Shown piece by piece: positions 14,401 to 28,866 of a stretch of 64,000 bases of DNA (the first letter of the stretch is position 1; the number at the start of each line of letters is the position of its first letter). Source of the DNA: Paragordius varius (Eukaryota; Animalia; Nematomorpha); the NCBI GenBank assembly GCA_964247055.1, contig OZ176052.1, forward strand, positions 10,974,001 through 11,038,000, written 5' to 3'. The notes under the pieces are model-generated. The model saw nothing but the letters and a program-made list of their open reading frames with translations. It was not told where the DNA came from and did no database searches. A program made the position numbers and the translations under genes.

Positions 14401-16210
14401 AATAATAACATAATTTTCATGGCAAATGTTAGAAATTAATTAACAGTTCTGCTTTCTATCCCTTAAGAATTAGTAGGCTATTTGACCGGTCAAAAATGAT
14501 AACCGGTCTAATCGCTTATGAATGCAACCTTTACAGTTATAGGCAAACAATTAATAGCATAAATCATCATCATATGATTTTTGAGGTTATTCGCCATTGT
14601 ATGGGTACTCCTTGAAAACATTTCTCCAATATTTACGCGATTTGGCTATTTCTGTAAAATTAAGCTTTTAGAAATCCTTTCTTATAGTCTTGAACCATGT
14701 CATATAGGATCACCCGGATTCGGGAAGTTCTATCCAATAATTTTTACTGATTTTAAGCCTATGAGTATTCTCGTCGTCCAGCGTGGCCTGCCCATTGTTA
14801 GATATTTCTGATAAACTTGTTTAGGGGATGAGTATATAGTATGGGATAATAGTTTTGATGTAGTTGAACTTGGATGGACTGTGTATAATTTATATTATTT
14901 TTAATATGTATCAGCGATAGAAGTTTTTTTTGATTTCGACATCGACCAGTTTCTGAGCAGTATGCAAAGACTGGGAACGGATGGTTGTTTTATGAATGGC
15001 TCATGTTGATTTTAATTTGATGAATTTATTATTTATTATTATTTTCAACGAGTGGTATTATTTGCACAAAGTCGATCTAAAGCTACTCAATCCCATAAAC
15101 AACCTTATTAGAAATCTCCGATTACAATGGGTAGTTTAAGTTGAAAGACGAGAAGACAGGCATATTTTTAAAATGATAAAAAATTACTCGGTAAAACTGC
15201 CAGCCAAATCCGGTAGACCAATACTGATGACTAAATACAATAGCAAAATATCTCAAAAGGCTTAATTAAAGTTAGCCACGCAAAACGATTAGAGAAATGC
15301 TCTCAAAGGTGTAACGCCATATAATAGCTTTTGCAAATATGATGATATTTGATGTTTGAGAGCGCCCTTATCCGATATCATATCAGCTAAGTAGCAAAAA
15401 AAAATATCGCACACCGGGAGTAGAGTTATCGAACATTAAGGGAAAATTTATTTTAAGCCCCTAATTTTGTAGGACGTTTTTCCATAGACTAATTTTTGAT
15501 TTTGTTGACGTTATTAGAAGTCGGCATAAAGTATTTGATATGGTATTCCGGGGGTGAGACTTTTGTTATTTCCAAAATATTAAAAAATGTTGGGCCTAAT
15601 GTGGATCCTTGATGGAGTCCTATTTTACTCAGTCTGTATGTGTTGTAATTTGAGCTCTGGTTGTTCGATACAGGAGCATGATTGCAGTTAATAAGCATTC
15701 TTAAATACCTTGACGTATAAGAGGCAATGGGATAAGTTATCTTTTGGTCGCAAAAGCATTTCAAATATAAAATGGAAATAGAGGTGATTTTTTGATGTGT
15801 GCGCTTTGTAGTTAGTTTAATGTAAAGGATAGCGCCAACTGTTCATTTATTTGATCAAAATATGCATTGCATAGTTAAAACTTTTTCATAAATTTTAATG
15901 GTAATTTTATTGGTCAGTATTAATCATGGAGGAGAGTCTTTTTTGTATACGGGTATAACAGGGCTGTTTTCCCAGATTTGGTATTTTATTTCTTTTTTTA
16001 TGTTAAAAAATTTTGCGAGATAGGTGTTTGATAATTGGGTGTCATCGATTTGAGCACGTCAATAGTTTGTTCTGAAAGACATGGAAGTTTGGCATTTAAT
16101 AAAAATGATTCACATCTAATTTTATCAATTCAGGCTTTTCGATATGGAGAAATTGGGATAAAAGTGTAATATTTTTTTATAACTCAAAAAGTAAGACTCC
16201 AAACCAAAAG

Positions 16211-16247
<37 letters not shown>

Positions 16248-19200
16248 CAAAATATTTTTTGTGTGCACTGGATATAACTAATTAAAATAGACTGATCAAA
16301 TATTAGGTAAATTGATACATTAAAATTTGTTAAATTCAGAGTTTCATTTAATTTTCTTCTATTTCATCATGACATATAATCATTTTTTGCCAAGTTGATT
16401 TATATACGATTACAGTAATAGTCATGTTTGTATTTATAAAGAATAAACCCTGACGTCAGAATTAACAGATACAGTATGCATTATGGTTGTTTATTAATAG
16501 GGCAATTTGCAACACGGGAGTGCATGGAAAAAAGAAAGGTAATAATTGTTTTATCAAAATTTTGTTGTATCTTCCATATACCACTGTGTTACAAATTGCC
16601 CTCTATAGTATGAAATAAGCAACCATTAAAATGCATACTGTCTATTTTTTAAAAAGTGAAAAATTTAATTTTTTATGAAAAATGTGCAAAAAATCTAAGA
16701 TAATAAAAAATCAATACTCCTCGTAATGATGGTTGTCGAAATAATAAATTTTTTTCTTTGATTGCTTTAATACGTTCGTTGGCATCATTTATATCAGCAT
16801 CAAAATTTGTAATATCGATTTCATTGCTACTTCTCCGTGTTGCATAAATGTCCCCATTATCTTTATTAAACATATTTGAATCGTTTCGATTTTGGAGCGA
16901 AAATAGTTCTAAATGTAAAAATTATATTTGATTTACGAAAAAAGATATTCGAAAAAAGGGGTATACAATTGAACAGTAGTAAAAATAGAAAATATACGGA
17001 CAAAACGTAAAAATATATAGAAAAAAATTTTTTTCCATAAGACAACCATACTTTTTTAACCTTAATTTATCCTATAAAAATCATTCAATGCAATCGTAAA
17101 ATACATAATTAATTGTGTTACCAATTTACTTCTATATTTTGTATTTTACAGTTCAAACCAATAAATTATATTTAAAAATAATCATGTTTTATACAATGAT
17201 AAAATTTACAAGCATAAAAAACAATAATGAACAAACATTAACAAACACAATAAATTGATATATTTATATGCAAACTTGTAAAGTAATTCAAATCGTAGGT
17301 TAAGTTTTGTACTAAGTGGGAAGCAAACTGCTCACTGCCGTAAACATTGTCTCGATTAATGGGTAGAGTGTAGGCGTTTAATTGCATAAATGGTTTACTT
17401 GATACTCTATAAATTTGGTCATTTTGTGGCCTTGCAGCCTGTTGAATTTCTAAAGCGTAGTAATTTATCATATTATAATTTTTGAGAAAACAATATGGTA
17501 AAAAACAAAATATAAATAGGAATGATGAAATTATTATAAATTTTAGATGTTACCCAATGTTTGAATGGTAGAGATGTAAGGATTTATCCATATAACTCGA
17601 TGCTTTATCAAATCAAAAAAGGTATTAGCTTGAGTACCCCTAATATATCGATCACATATGCCTATATAGGTGAAAAAACAAGGATTAATAATTTTGCAAA
17701 CATACATGTACACCAGTCCAGTTTTAAAAATAAGACCGTTAAAAGTTGCAACTTTCATGAATTAACGTGTTTTTAAGTATTTTTACACCATTATAAAGCA
17801 ACAATAATTAAATATCCTTTTAAAAAATAATATCTATATATTTGATAAAAGCGCCATGAATCAGATAAGAAGCCATGAGTTTCCCACGATCGGGTATAAA
17901 GAGGATTCAATTTCCAAAGTCAGTTCAAACGTAAAAATAAAATTAAATTCAAATCATATTTTCTAGATAGAGTAAAATATGAAAAAGCAAACATTTTATA
18001 AAAACGTAAACATGTTATACCATGTTCCAAATCCCATATCCTAAGGTCACCATTACGGCACCTTATGAGGAGATAAAATCGTTCTGGGAACCAAGCCAGG
18101 CTACTTATAACATCATATATGCCACAACTTATGGTTGAAACCACACATTTTTTATCTGTGTCGATGAGTGCAACGGATTGATTACTAGCAATCGATAACA
18201 CTAGGGAAAGGTGTTTGAACTAATATAAAATAAAAAGGTTTCATATAAAATCATATATTTTTATACAAAATTTATGAATTTGACTGAATAGCAAGATATA
18301 TAATTTTAGTACTATTTTTATATAATTTATAATAAGCAAACTTTGAAAAGTGGTATGTATATCAATATTATTCATCATAAAAATTGATAAAATGAGGAAA
18401 CTTTATCTTATTGTTAAATATTCCTTATTTTTTTAATTATATAAATACGATGAGGCTTTTATATAAATTATATATAATCATAAATACACTTCATTTAGTG
18501 GTAAAGGTAATGGGACAAACGCATAATATTGTGTGGTTTGGGGTGGAAATAGAGATGATAAGTTTTTAGTTCTATTTCCATCATACAACATAGGTATATC
18601 ATGGGGGGAAAGCGTTTGTGCCAAAGAAAATGTATTCAAATCCCACAAACGAATTTGACCCTGAGTGTTAATAGATAAAAAATGGGAAGGTTCATATCTA
18701 TCATCTAACGAATGTGGATAACACATATTATTTAATGGTTTCTTGTCATTTTTAGTAAGGCCTAATTTTTTGACATTATTTTTTAAATTGGCTGCAGATG
18801 AATTTAATAAGTTATTAGGGGAGATTTCAAAGCCACTTTGTCTCGTTTTTGCGTTAGATTGTGGGCAAGGATGTTTCAGATATTGACACTTTGTGAATTC
18901 GGCTGCGTAAAAAATTGATGATTTATTAATTGGTAAAATATAAATTTTTCAATATATATAATAATAAAACATATCACAAAATGACTGGTTATTTAAATGG
19001 CAAATGTTTTTTTTCATAAAAACACATTTAAATCCAAAAAAATATTGCGACTAAGCTTTAATATCTGATAATATTTAATTAAAACATGCAAAAAAACTCC
19101 ATAAATTTTAGAAATGCTTAATAAGATAATGATTAACATAAATTTAATTCAATGCAAAAAAAACATTAAATTAATTTACTCTTATTCCACTTTCTCTTGA

Positions 19201-22200
19201 ATAGTAAAATAAACCATACCACACATTCTATATGAAATCAGTTATTTTTAAACCCTTTTTAAATTTTGGTTATTTATGCTAAATTTCAAAATGTATTTGT
19301 ACATAATATTTAATCAAAAGTTCCCTCATGGTTCCTTAAAAAAATGATTTAAATATTAATTTTTACTTACCGAGATAATTATTAAATAGTTGGAGAAATC
19401 CCAACGATGCCCTCTGCAGAACACATATGTATCCTTGATCCGTCCCAAACACATAATAATCGTAAAGGGGTAAATATAGAGAACAAGTTATTGCTTTGAT
19501 TGAATTATTATTGCTGTGGCAATCAAGATTCTCATTCCCAATATCAATCTATAATATGTGGGTTATTATTTAAATTCATAATTATTACAGTATAATACAT
19601 TGCAAGTTTTTCATTGAATATGGCCAGATCGCATATATAGCAAAGAGCAATATTATTGGCTTAAAATATATTTTTTACCTCGTTTTACTACCAGGCAATG
19701 CAATTTTACTCATAATATGAATAATACTTATAGATATATATAAATAAAATATAAAGTTAAGTCTGACTGCTAACCGTTTTAAATAACTAACTTTCGATAT
19801 AACGCATTTGAGCTTAATATACAATAATGGTAAAAAATTTAAAATTAATGGGGGGATGAATTATTGTGAAATTTAAAAATTGTCTCTAATTTTTATTAAG
19901 TGTTATTACAATAATATTGAAATCAAAACCATAAACGGTTAATATCATGTTATTTGGTTTAATTTAATATATATATATATATATATATATAAATCTACAG
20001 TATATATAAAGGCAGACAAACCGGTTATTTTGTACACAAAATCACTAAAGAGATAAAGAAAACAAAAAATAAATTAAAATTTTCTTGATTTTTTAACCTA
20101 CATTAAAAAGATTTATAAACAGCATATAGATGTGATACATAAAATTTATTTTACCAAATTTTTAGTTAATTGTTCTGAGGCGTTGGTACTACCATATCGC
20201 AGTTCAATTACTTTGGCTTTCATATCTAAAAAACATCATCACTAATATATTTAAGATCATTAAAAAGAAATAAAAAAATATCATATTCAGACTCGCTGTT
20301 TTTTTATTCAGTTAAAGTAATCTAACATACTAGCTTAACCAGATATATATTGAGTCAAAAAATATGAAACAGGGATGGATGTGTGTCGATATTCAACAAA
20401 AGTTTTAGAAATTTATTAAGTAATCAAAATATAAACAGTCCGAAATGATTCAATAACAATAAACAGATTTAGACATCAAATTTGACAAAAATATACACAA
20501 AAGGGTAGGCATGCTTACAAATAAAAATTTACTTTTCTGACGTTTTTGTGAATAAGTAATATCGTGATCGGTAAACGACCAAACCAACATGCGTCCACCA
20601 TAAAAACACATAAGCTCATTTTTGTGTGATGCCTCGTTATTAATTGCTTTTTGAGTCATTTTTGTGAATGAGTATACCGGAGATAAATTATTGGAATGAT
20701 AAATCTGATTGATATAATAAAATATAAATAATTCATAAATTATGTGGAAATGATACAAGATTTTTCTATTTGGCTTAATAAAATGGATTATAATTTTATA
20801 AATTTTGATAATTATTAGATGTTGCCATTTAATAAAAATTAGGAACATATGGCCTGTGAAAATTATCTCGTTTAAAGAAAAATAAGCTAAATTTGGAAAT
20901 AATAAACAAAAACAAAATAGCTATTATTAAATGTTAAAAATTTTGGATACACTGAATATTATAACAAAGAATTGCAGTATGCTATAAAAATAATTACGTG
21001 CTGGTCTGTATCTTCAAAATCTAAACTCATCACCGGTTCCAATTTGCAACGAATATCAATACTTTCATTCCTATCAGATGTGTTATGAATAAAAAATTGA
21101 AACAATTAAAAATTTTTAAAACATTAAAATTAAAAACCACTAATTTTAACAACTTTGAATAACAACTCTTCTTAAAATAAATTGTAAAAATCATATAATT
21201 ATGATAAATTTTGGCGTGTTTTGCCTCATAAAAAATCTTATAAGCCTATTTTTCTTATATTAAACATAAACTAAAATAAAACATGAACTGTTATGGTATA
21301 AAATACATTTCATAACAAAATTTATATGCAAAATTAGACCTGTTAAAGTTGAATTAAAAAACTGTCTCTTTGGTATAAAAACTACTACGCTTGATCAAAT
21401 AAAAAAAGATTAAAAAGTATCATACTTCACTACAAATTTTATTCACTGATTTATAAAAAAACTATAAAAATTTGAGTACCATCCCATATTAAAAATAACG
21501 ATACGTTATTATATTACAAAATTTAAGCATATGAAGGATTTTTAATAACTTCTAAAATTTAAATGTTTTTAAAATTCCACTAGTGATACGAAAACAATTT
21601 ATTATTTGCAAAACATAGCAGACAACTTATTAAAACAAAATAATTTATAAAAGATACCCAATAGGAAGAATTGCAAATATATAGGCTTTAAATAAAGGCG
21701 TCGTCCAAACCAACAAAGTGTTGGCGTCGATAAAAGCACCCCCTAGCCACTTTTCTTCCATGTGATTGGTTTTTGTTGAGATATCATGAGAATCGTGGAA
21801 TGTTGGTTGTTGACATAGTTTTGTGAAAGTTGCAACGTTTTGAAGCTAAGATGTGAATCAAATATCATGATTAAAAGTAAATTGACTTTTAAAATGACAA
21901 TTTGAAATTAAACATATTTTCATTTCAACACAAAAAATGTTTCATTCAAACGAAACATTTTTTACAATAGAACTGGTATATAAATAATATAATTACTTGA
22001 AACAAATTTGGTGTAACCATGAGAAATATTTTTGGGTTTTGTGCACAATATGTCAAGCATTGACAATCAATTAATGCCGTATTTTTGGCTTCATTCTCAT
22101 AAATGTCTTCATAAGGTATCTTTGAAAAGCAAATAGAATCATATAATTATAATACATATTAATTTATTTATTTTTATAAATATATATAATTTATATGTGT

Positions 22201-22986
22201 AATCAAATACTTGAAGATTGTCTTTGGACAAAGTCCATAATCTTACGCATCCATGTGAACCAATACCAATTATTACATCTAAATAAAATAGAGCATATGT
22301 AATATTATAACCAACTAAAAAATAAGTAAAAAATTAAGTTGATACTGGTATTTACGTTACATACCTAAATGAGTAGATGTGTTGTTTAAAAAACAAATTG
22401 AAGTAATCAAATTCGAAGAAAATCTTGTGTTTAACTTGAAAAGGGGAACCAATGTTAGCGCGTCTAAGACGTGAACAAAGGAGAATTTTCCCAAACAATA
22501 TATGAAAGGGTTAAACAAGTTTGTGGAAACTTCTAAAATATTTAGGTTCTCTGAGTCATTAATCTGAAAATTAAAAAAAATCTTTATACGGAAATGTTGG
22601 ATATATCAACATAAAAATTGGTGTAATTGGTCAAAAGTCCCTCATTGCTTGAAAATTGTTTTATTTGGCTATAATATATTATTCAAATAAAATACCCATT
22701 GCCATAAAGTGCAACAGTGTAATTAACAGAATTTATCACATAGTGTATAATTGATAAAACGTTAGCGTGATTAATGTCTTCTAGCACATAAATTAATCGG
22801 GGTTTCTGGAATTAAATGAATAATTACTCTATGGTCAGAAAAATCCCATTTTGATAGAAATCCAGAATTAGTACCAAGGTATAATATATTATTTTGAAAG
22901 ACATTACACACCGAAGATATTGATTCTAAACAGTTTCGTGGGTAAAAGACATAATTTTTATTCAAAATTATATCATTCATGACCAT
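7025..22986 (-). CDS. WDR7: WD repeat protein WDR7/WDR72 (rabconnectin-3 beta) orthologue, many exons. Resolved: 22986-22828, 22805-22696, 22668-22590, 22563-22365, 22278-22211, 22119-21997, 21845-21658, ... 9911-9581, 9490-9389, 8967-8813, 8430-8306, 8230-8148, 8035-7936, 7852-7745, 7339-7025. Central exons only partly resolved
   Basis: Colinear motifs as recalled from WDR7: N-terminal ISSV...LYLGTNSGFLSKWD, ITCSLYLP...VFGTDQGYI, CYPH...FLSINTQGQIRLWD, SIASNQSVAL...LAWFPERFYLLI, NMHPWGL, GFSLWEPFLDLSALLLKLLE, IAFMRPATFIT, and C-terminal AKIHWLNSRILLLLFSDGTEHKFFL-stop (TAG 7027-7025). Resolved junctions are phase-consistent GT-AG. Confidence 0.9.
8437..8470. repeat. (TA)n microsatellite in a WDR7 intron; similar tracts at 5022-5047, 16214-16246 and 19968-19990
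   Basis: Directly visible dinucleotide runs. Confidence 0.9.
10411..10987. mobile_element. piggyBac-type MITE, copy 1 (577 bp), in a WDR7 intron
   Basis: TTAA on both sides (10407-10410, 10988-10991). Ends are CACTT...AAGTG. A 30 bp subterminal inverted repeat (10444-10473 vs 10952-10981) contains the palindrome TGGGGTA-n5-TACCCCA and is spaced asymmetrically from the termini, as in piggyBac-like elements. Confidence 0.82.
15480..16000 (-). pseudogene. Degenerate non-LTR retrotransposon (LINE) reverse transcriptase fragment inside a WDR7 intron
   Basis: Minus-strand translation gives IGLHQGSTLGPTFFNI (RT QG motif) near 15590-15625 and VIPVYKKD near 15940-15965, with frameshifts and stops. 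Confidence 0.7.
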
Positions 22987-23416
22987 ATGTTATTTTAATA
23001 CAGCCATTTAAGCGTGTGTTAAAAATATTAACTATTTACTGAATTTTCAAAAAAGTCACCAAAGTATTTATATCATATCCTCAGTTTATGTCGTTTTGTG
23101 TAAAAATATATTTTATAGCAAAAATTATGAGCTAAAAATATATTTTCATATAAATATTAATGCTTTAATGGGCAAAATTTTAATACATATAATAGATTAA
23201 CATTTTAAACACTTGCTTTTCATTCAAACAAAAAATTAAATATTATTTATTACCTAAAAAATTGGGTAAGAATTCGGGCTCATGAAATAGAACCCTATAG
23301 TAACAAACTATATATTTGATAACAAAATTAATCAAACATTACTGAAGCCCAAAACCAAAAAAGCAAAAATCCTGATGATAAATCAGAATTATCAGTATGT
23401 TTTTCGTGTGTATTAA

Positions 23417-23969
23417 CACTTGGATACAACACATTCATTTTAGTCCTTCAATTCAAATTAGGGTAGTTAAATTATCCAGGCCTATTTATTAAATTTTTTA
23501 ATGGCAAAATTTTGCACTTATATAACATTAATAAACCGAATTATATAAAAATTTTATTCAAAAATACTTGATATTACTTATTTTAAGCTAAAACCTAAAA
23601 GTAAAAATTTAGTTAACGTGGCATGTGTGCAATGGTATAATTAAAAAATAATACAAAATAACTGTTTTTTCGATTTCTATCAATTTTAGATGTTATTTAA
23701 AGAAAAAATTAGCTTGGATTTTACCCTTAAAATTAAATGAAAACGATATTTTGCAAAAATTTTGTAAAATAAAATGGCGTCGAAGTAGTTTGACACGGAC
23801 CTTTTTTTTCGTAATAAAATTTTATTTAGATATTTTGGCATATTTATATAATTTTTATTAGGATAGAAGCATAAATTTAAATTGGGACCGTTTCCTTCAG
23901 TAGTTTTTTCAAAAATACTAACTCAAATTTAGTCTGGGGTATTTAAATACCCCAATTTGAATTAAAGTG
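23417..23969. mobile_element. piggyBac-type MITE, copy 2 (553 bp), about 430 bp upstream of the WDR7 start
   Basis: Colinear with 10411-10987 over its length. TTAA flanks at 23413-23416 and 23970-23973. Same subterminal palindromic repeats. Confidence 0.82.
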
Positions 23970-26900
23970 TTAAGTAAATTAGCAAGCATTTGATATCTAA
24001 TTTTAAAATCAGCTTATTGTTTTTGAATGACTGTCCAAATTTTAGATTTTGTGCAAATTTAGAGCATAAAATACGCCTTAACAAATCGGATATATTGTAA
24101 AAATATCTTTTTTATATCATAACATAGTGCACAAAGGAGGGTATAAAAATATCCTAATAAAATATTTATTATGTGTTGCTAATGGTGCATTTTATTTTGG
24201 TTTTAAGCGATATTCATCACCTTTTTTATAATTTAATATCCCACAGTGATTTGAAAGTATATATTATAAAGCAGATGTGTCCATAACAAATAGCTGAGCG
24301 AACCGCATTTTGGTTTCAGAAAATCCGACGGACCGCATTCGCAAATTATATGGACATTAATAAATTTTTTAACACATAAGAGTGTGAAAAAATTACAAAA
24401 ACAATATAACTACTATTATTTAACATTTTTTTTACTTTCATGGATAAAACTTGAAAGGCCGTATCGATATTTGTCTAAAAATTTTTTTTAGATTATGTCA
24501 ATAGCATCAATAATGTCCTATTTTTTTTAAAAAAATTTCTCGCAGGCTACAAAATTATTTTGGGCCGCATGTCCGCTTACAACATGTTGGTCACCGCTGC
24601 TTTCAAGTATTTATGATATTGGAACAAATTTAATATGCTTTCTTAAGCTTTTTACACGCATGTAAAAATATTTTTTGTTTCGTCGCCATATTTATCTGTA
24701 AATTTAAGGACAATAAATAGATAGGGCTAGAATGTAAATAATTAACTCAAAGCTTTTAAGTTCCAGCAATACTTGATATTTGTTATATAATCAGCTGTTT
24801 GTTTCAATCGCTTTGGTGTTATCTCGATCTTAGAGGGTAAAAGTAATTCTGAAAAATAGAGTCTTTACCAAATACAGAAGTTGGTTGATAATTAATTTTT
24901 AACCAAAACAACTTTTAAATACTTCATTTACAAGGTTACGCTCTCGTTTATGGAGCCCAAAATGTAATCGTCTACAAAAAATGAAAAGGTTAAGAAGCGT
25001 TAAAAGTGAATGCACAAAATGTTAAATAAAATTTTTGTAAAAGTTAAATGCATTTTTCCAAAAATTATTTTATAAAGTCAACATATACAGCTAAAAAAGG
25101 ATGAGATTGCAGGATAATAATATTTGAAATATGCTGGATTATGACATCAAAAGTGTTTGAAAAAGTTTATAATTTAATTTTTATTGTATTTGCTAAGATG
25201 TTGAAAATATACTTTTCTATATTATTCGATGATTCTAAACATTTTATCACCAGAGAACTATTATTAATTAGTGTTCGCCTTCAAATTTAGGTTAAAACAA
25301 TGTGGGTTGTAAAGACAAACAAATGTTTTGATCAAAATCTGAGTTGATAGAAATGTTAAGCGTCTTTGGATTATGTAGAAAATGTGTTTTAATGTCTTAA
25401 AGCAATTTATACTTGAACGACGCCTCAAAATACCGTAAATATATATCAATGATATTTTTATATCAATTAAATTTTTAAATAAAGTATACAATTTTGATTT
25501 TTTAAATCTAACATATTTAATAAATTTAGCTCACACAATCTTGACTTTCCAGCCTTATTCTAACAAAACTAGCCAATTTTCGCTAATTTGAGACTTTCGG
25601 CGCACACATAAAAAATTATAATTTAAAAATTGTTGTGCTTTTTTAATATTGTATATGATATACTTTAATATTATTTTTTAAGAAATTTAGATTTTACTAA
25701 AAAAATTCCAGCATAATGTGAGCAAATTTTACGATTTCTTGATTTGGAGCTATTGTTACAAAATATATATTTTTCATAAATAATTCGTTAGGGCCAAAAC
25801 CAAAAGCATTATGAGAACTTTTATATTTTTGCATCAAATATATACTTCATCTTCAGAATTCTTTGTATGCACTGTGTAATATAGCGTATTAGAAAAATTC
25901 CTCTACCACAAACTCCGCTTTTATCCATTTTAGAGATCCAAAAAATTTAAGACGCTTAGCTTATTTTAAAATAAAATTAAATACTAGTATTGTTCAGCTT
26001 TTTGAATATAATTGATATTTATTTTTATTTTATGGAATGTATCTAGCTTTTAAGTAAAAACAATTATTTAAATAATGTGCGCTTTTAACGATTTTCTATT
26101 TGGATCGCACAAGTGTGAATATTGTCTTTGATTTCTTAGGCAAACAAATATCTATCAGAATATATATAATATATATGTATATATTATATCGGCATATTTT
26201 TATACCTTGCGATAATGTTCACTGTGTTAATTGACGAAATTCCAACCATATATATGTGATAGATTTTAAAATCTAAATTATATTTTGAAAAAAAAAACAT
26301 TCTTTAACATAGGTATAACAGGATATTCAATTTACTTAAATAATAACTTTAAATTTTACACCGTTGTTTGTTTTATCAAAAAATGATAGTCGTACGTTTG
26401 AAGCGGTGTCTGTCTCGGTCATACATGCATTAACCCTAAACTTCAACCCTTATATCTTATTAAAATCGGTGGAATCCCTAATTTTTAAGGTCCTTAAATA
26501 TAAATAACCTAATAATTTAACCTATGTAAAATCATAGTCATCAACGTACAACGACCCGTACCAAGTTATTAGATTATTATTAATTTTTAACTTAAATTTG
26601 AATTTATAAGAGTGAAAAATCAAAGATAAAAAAATATTGAAAAACGTACGGAAATAAGATTGTGAAATATTTCAGTTAGCTAGATTGATATTTTTTACAT
26701 TTTTTTACTTTAACACGATTTCGAATTTATTTTTAAAATAGTCTTTTCATCATACTTTATTGCGGGTGGTGGCCTTTAATCTTAATTATTAACTGAGTGT
26801 TTATCCCTTCAAATCCATCAATGCTAATTTTCTACAATTGGTATTTTTCATGGCAGATTGGCGAACATTATTAAAAACATTTTTAACCCGCGAATTAAAT

Positions 26901-28866
26901 CATAACTTATGCTGTCATAAATTTTCCTTTAATTGATATAAACAAATATTTTTTGAATAAATTATGGAAAAACTCAAGTTATTTCTCACAATTTTTATTA
27001 TATTTATTAATTATTCCTTTTTCGACTCAATTTTTCTAATTTTTTTGTGCAATTTTTGATACAGTTTTATTACTATTCAAACTTTTATTCATTAATAATT
27101 TAAAACTGTAAAAATAAAAAACGTAATAAAACCATAAAATGAAACAAATTTAAGTGCTCTTCCATTCTTAATGAAAATCTTTCACAAATTAAAATATGGC
27201 GCATTTTGACTTTGCTGATATATGCGTTTCCAACGTAAATTTGTTTGTCATATTTTTTATAAATAAAAAAGGTTTTTAATTATTTTAATAACTGGTTGGC
27301 TGTACAAATACCGCTTTCTGTAAAAAAAATATCATGAGTTTGTAATTTTATCATAAATCTCCCTAAACTTTAATAAACTATATTCCTTTATTATTTGCAA
27401 AAATTATCAACATAGCATTACAAATTTTTTTCCTAATAACGTTACACACATTTTTAGTTTCATCCTCATTTAATATTTTTAATTTATTTATAAATTTTAG
27501 TTTAAATTTAGTTTAATTTTATGGCTTATAATAATCCCAATATTAATAAATCAGTCAACTTACCGAACAAAAAAGATTTTAATATATTTTGATTATCTGT
27601 TTGAAAATTACAAAGATATAAAATAAGTTTTGGATACTGAAAAACTACAATATTTATAATAAAATATATGTCAATAAGTAATTTGCATACGATCTAATTA
27701 GATTAGCCATTTAGATTCAAAAGAAACCTACATAGCTGGGAAGCCGTGCAAAAATATTTAAATTTATATTTTAATAAAAATGTTAACGATTGAGCCTAGA
27801 CTCTAAAAAATGATATGTAAGGTTGTTTTGATGTCTCACACAATCCATGTATGTAATTATTTAATGTTTTGTTTGCTAATTATTAAGTCTATTCTCTAAA
27901 TTGGTTAAAATTTTGAAAAAAACTCCAATTTTTTAAGTTTTTTTAAAAAATGACCAAATTTATATCTCGGAGGAAAAAAGTTTTACAACAAAAATCACAT
28001 TTGGCACAAAGATATTAGGCCAGATGTGCTGTCTATTTTGCAAAAATCACGATATTACATTTATAGAATGACGTATAAGTTAACCTAATTATGAACCCTA
28101 TCATCCTTATCAATTAGGAGACACTTTATAAATGGATGTATAAATTTTTTTTGCTAAATTATGGTTATTTATTTAAGATTAGTTAATGTTAAAATTTCAT
28201 ACATTATTTATGATATACTTAATGCATTCTCATAGACGTGTTAACACCCAAACTATTTGATTGCTCCCAGTCAGACAAATGATGTAAAATGTATGAAAAT
28301 ACTTTTTTTACAATCAATTAGTAAAATTATTGGGTTAAAACGGCTGATAGATTAACTCCTTTGGCGGGTGAAACTATTTTTTTTATAAATATAATATTTA
28401 ATTATTATTTTGAAATTCATAAACAGAAAATACTCCAAATTCTTATCAAGAAAACACTATTTTAATACATTGTTATATGTGTGTGCAAATGATCTCCAAA
28501 TTGTAAAAAATACTTGACATTGAAAACTCCGTAACTATAAATTTCAAATTACTGTCAACTAACACATTTTATTCATTCAATGACAAGAAATAAAGTCATC
28601 ATCTAAAATGGTTTTAAAACATTTACTTATGCTCTCAACTGTAATATTAAGCAAGCAACCAACAAACTACTTACGAATTCTGATTTCCCATAATAATAAC
28701 AATTTTTTGACTTTTGTACGCTTTTCTAATTTAGTTTTTTTCCAACAAATCACAACATTTAATAGAAAGAGTGTATATAGCTGAATGATTAATTCTAACT
28801 AATATTTGCTGAGTTCAATTATTCTCTAACAACGCTTACAAAAAATTAAATAAATAATTAAATATT

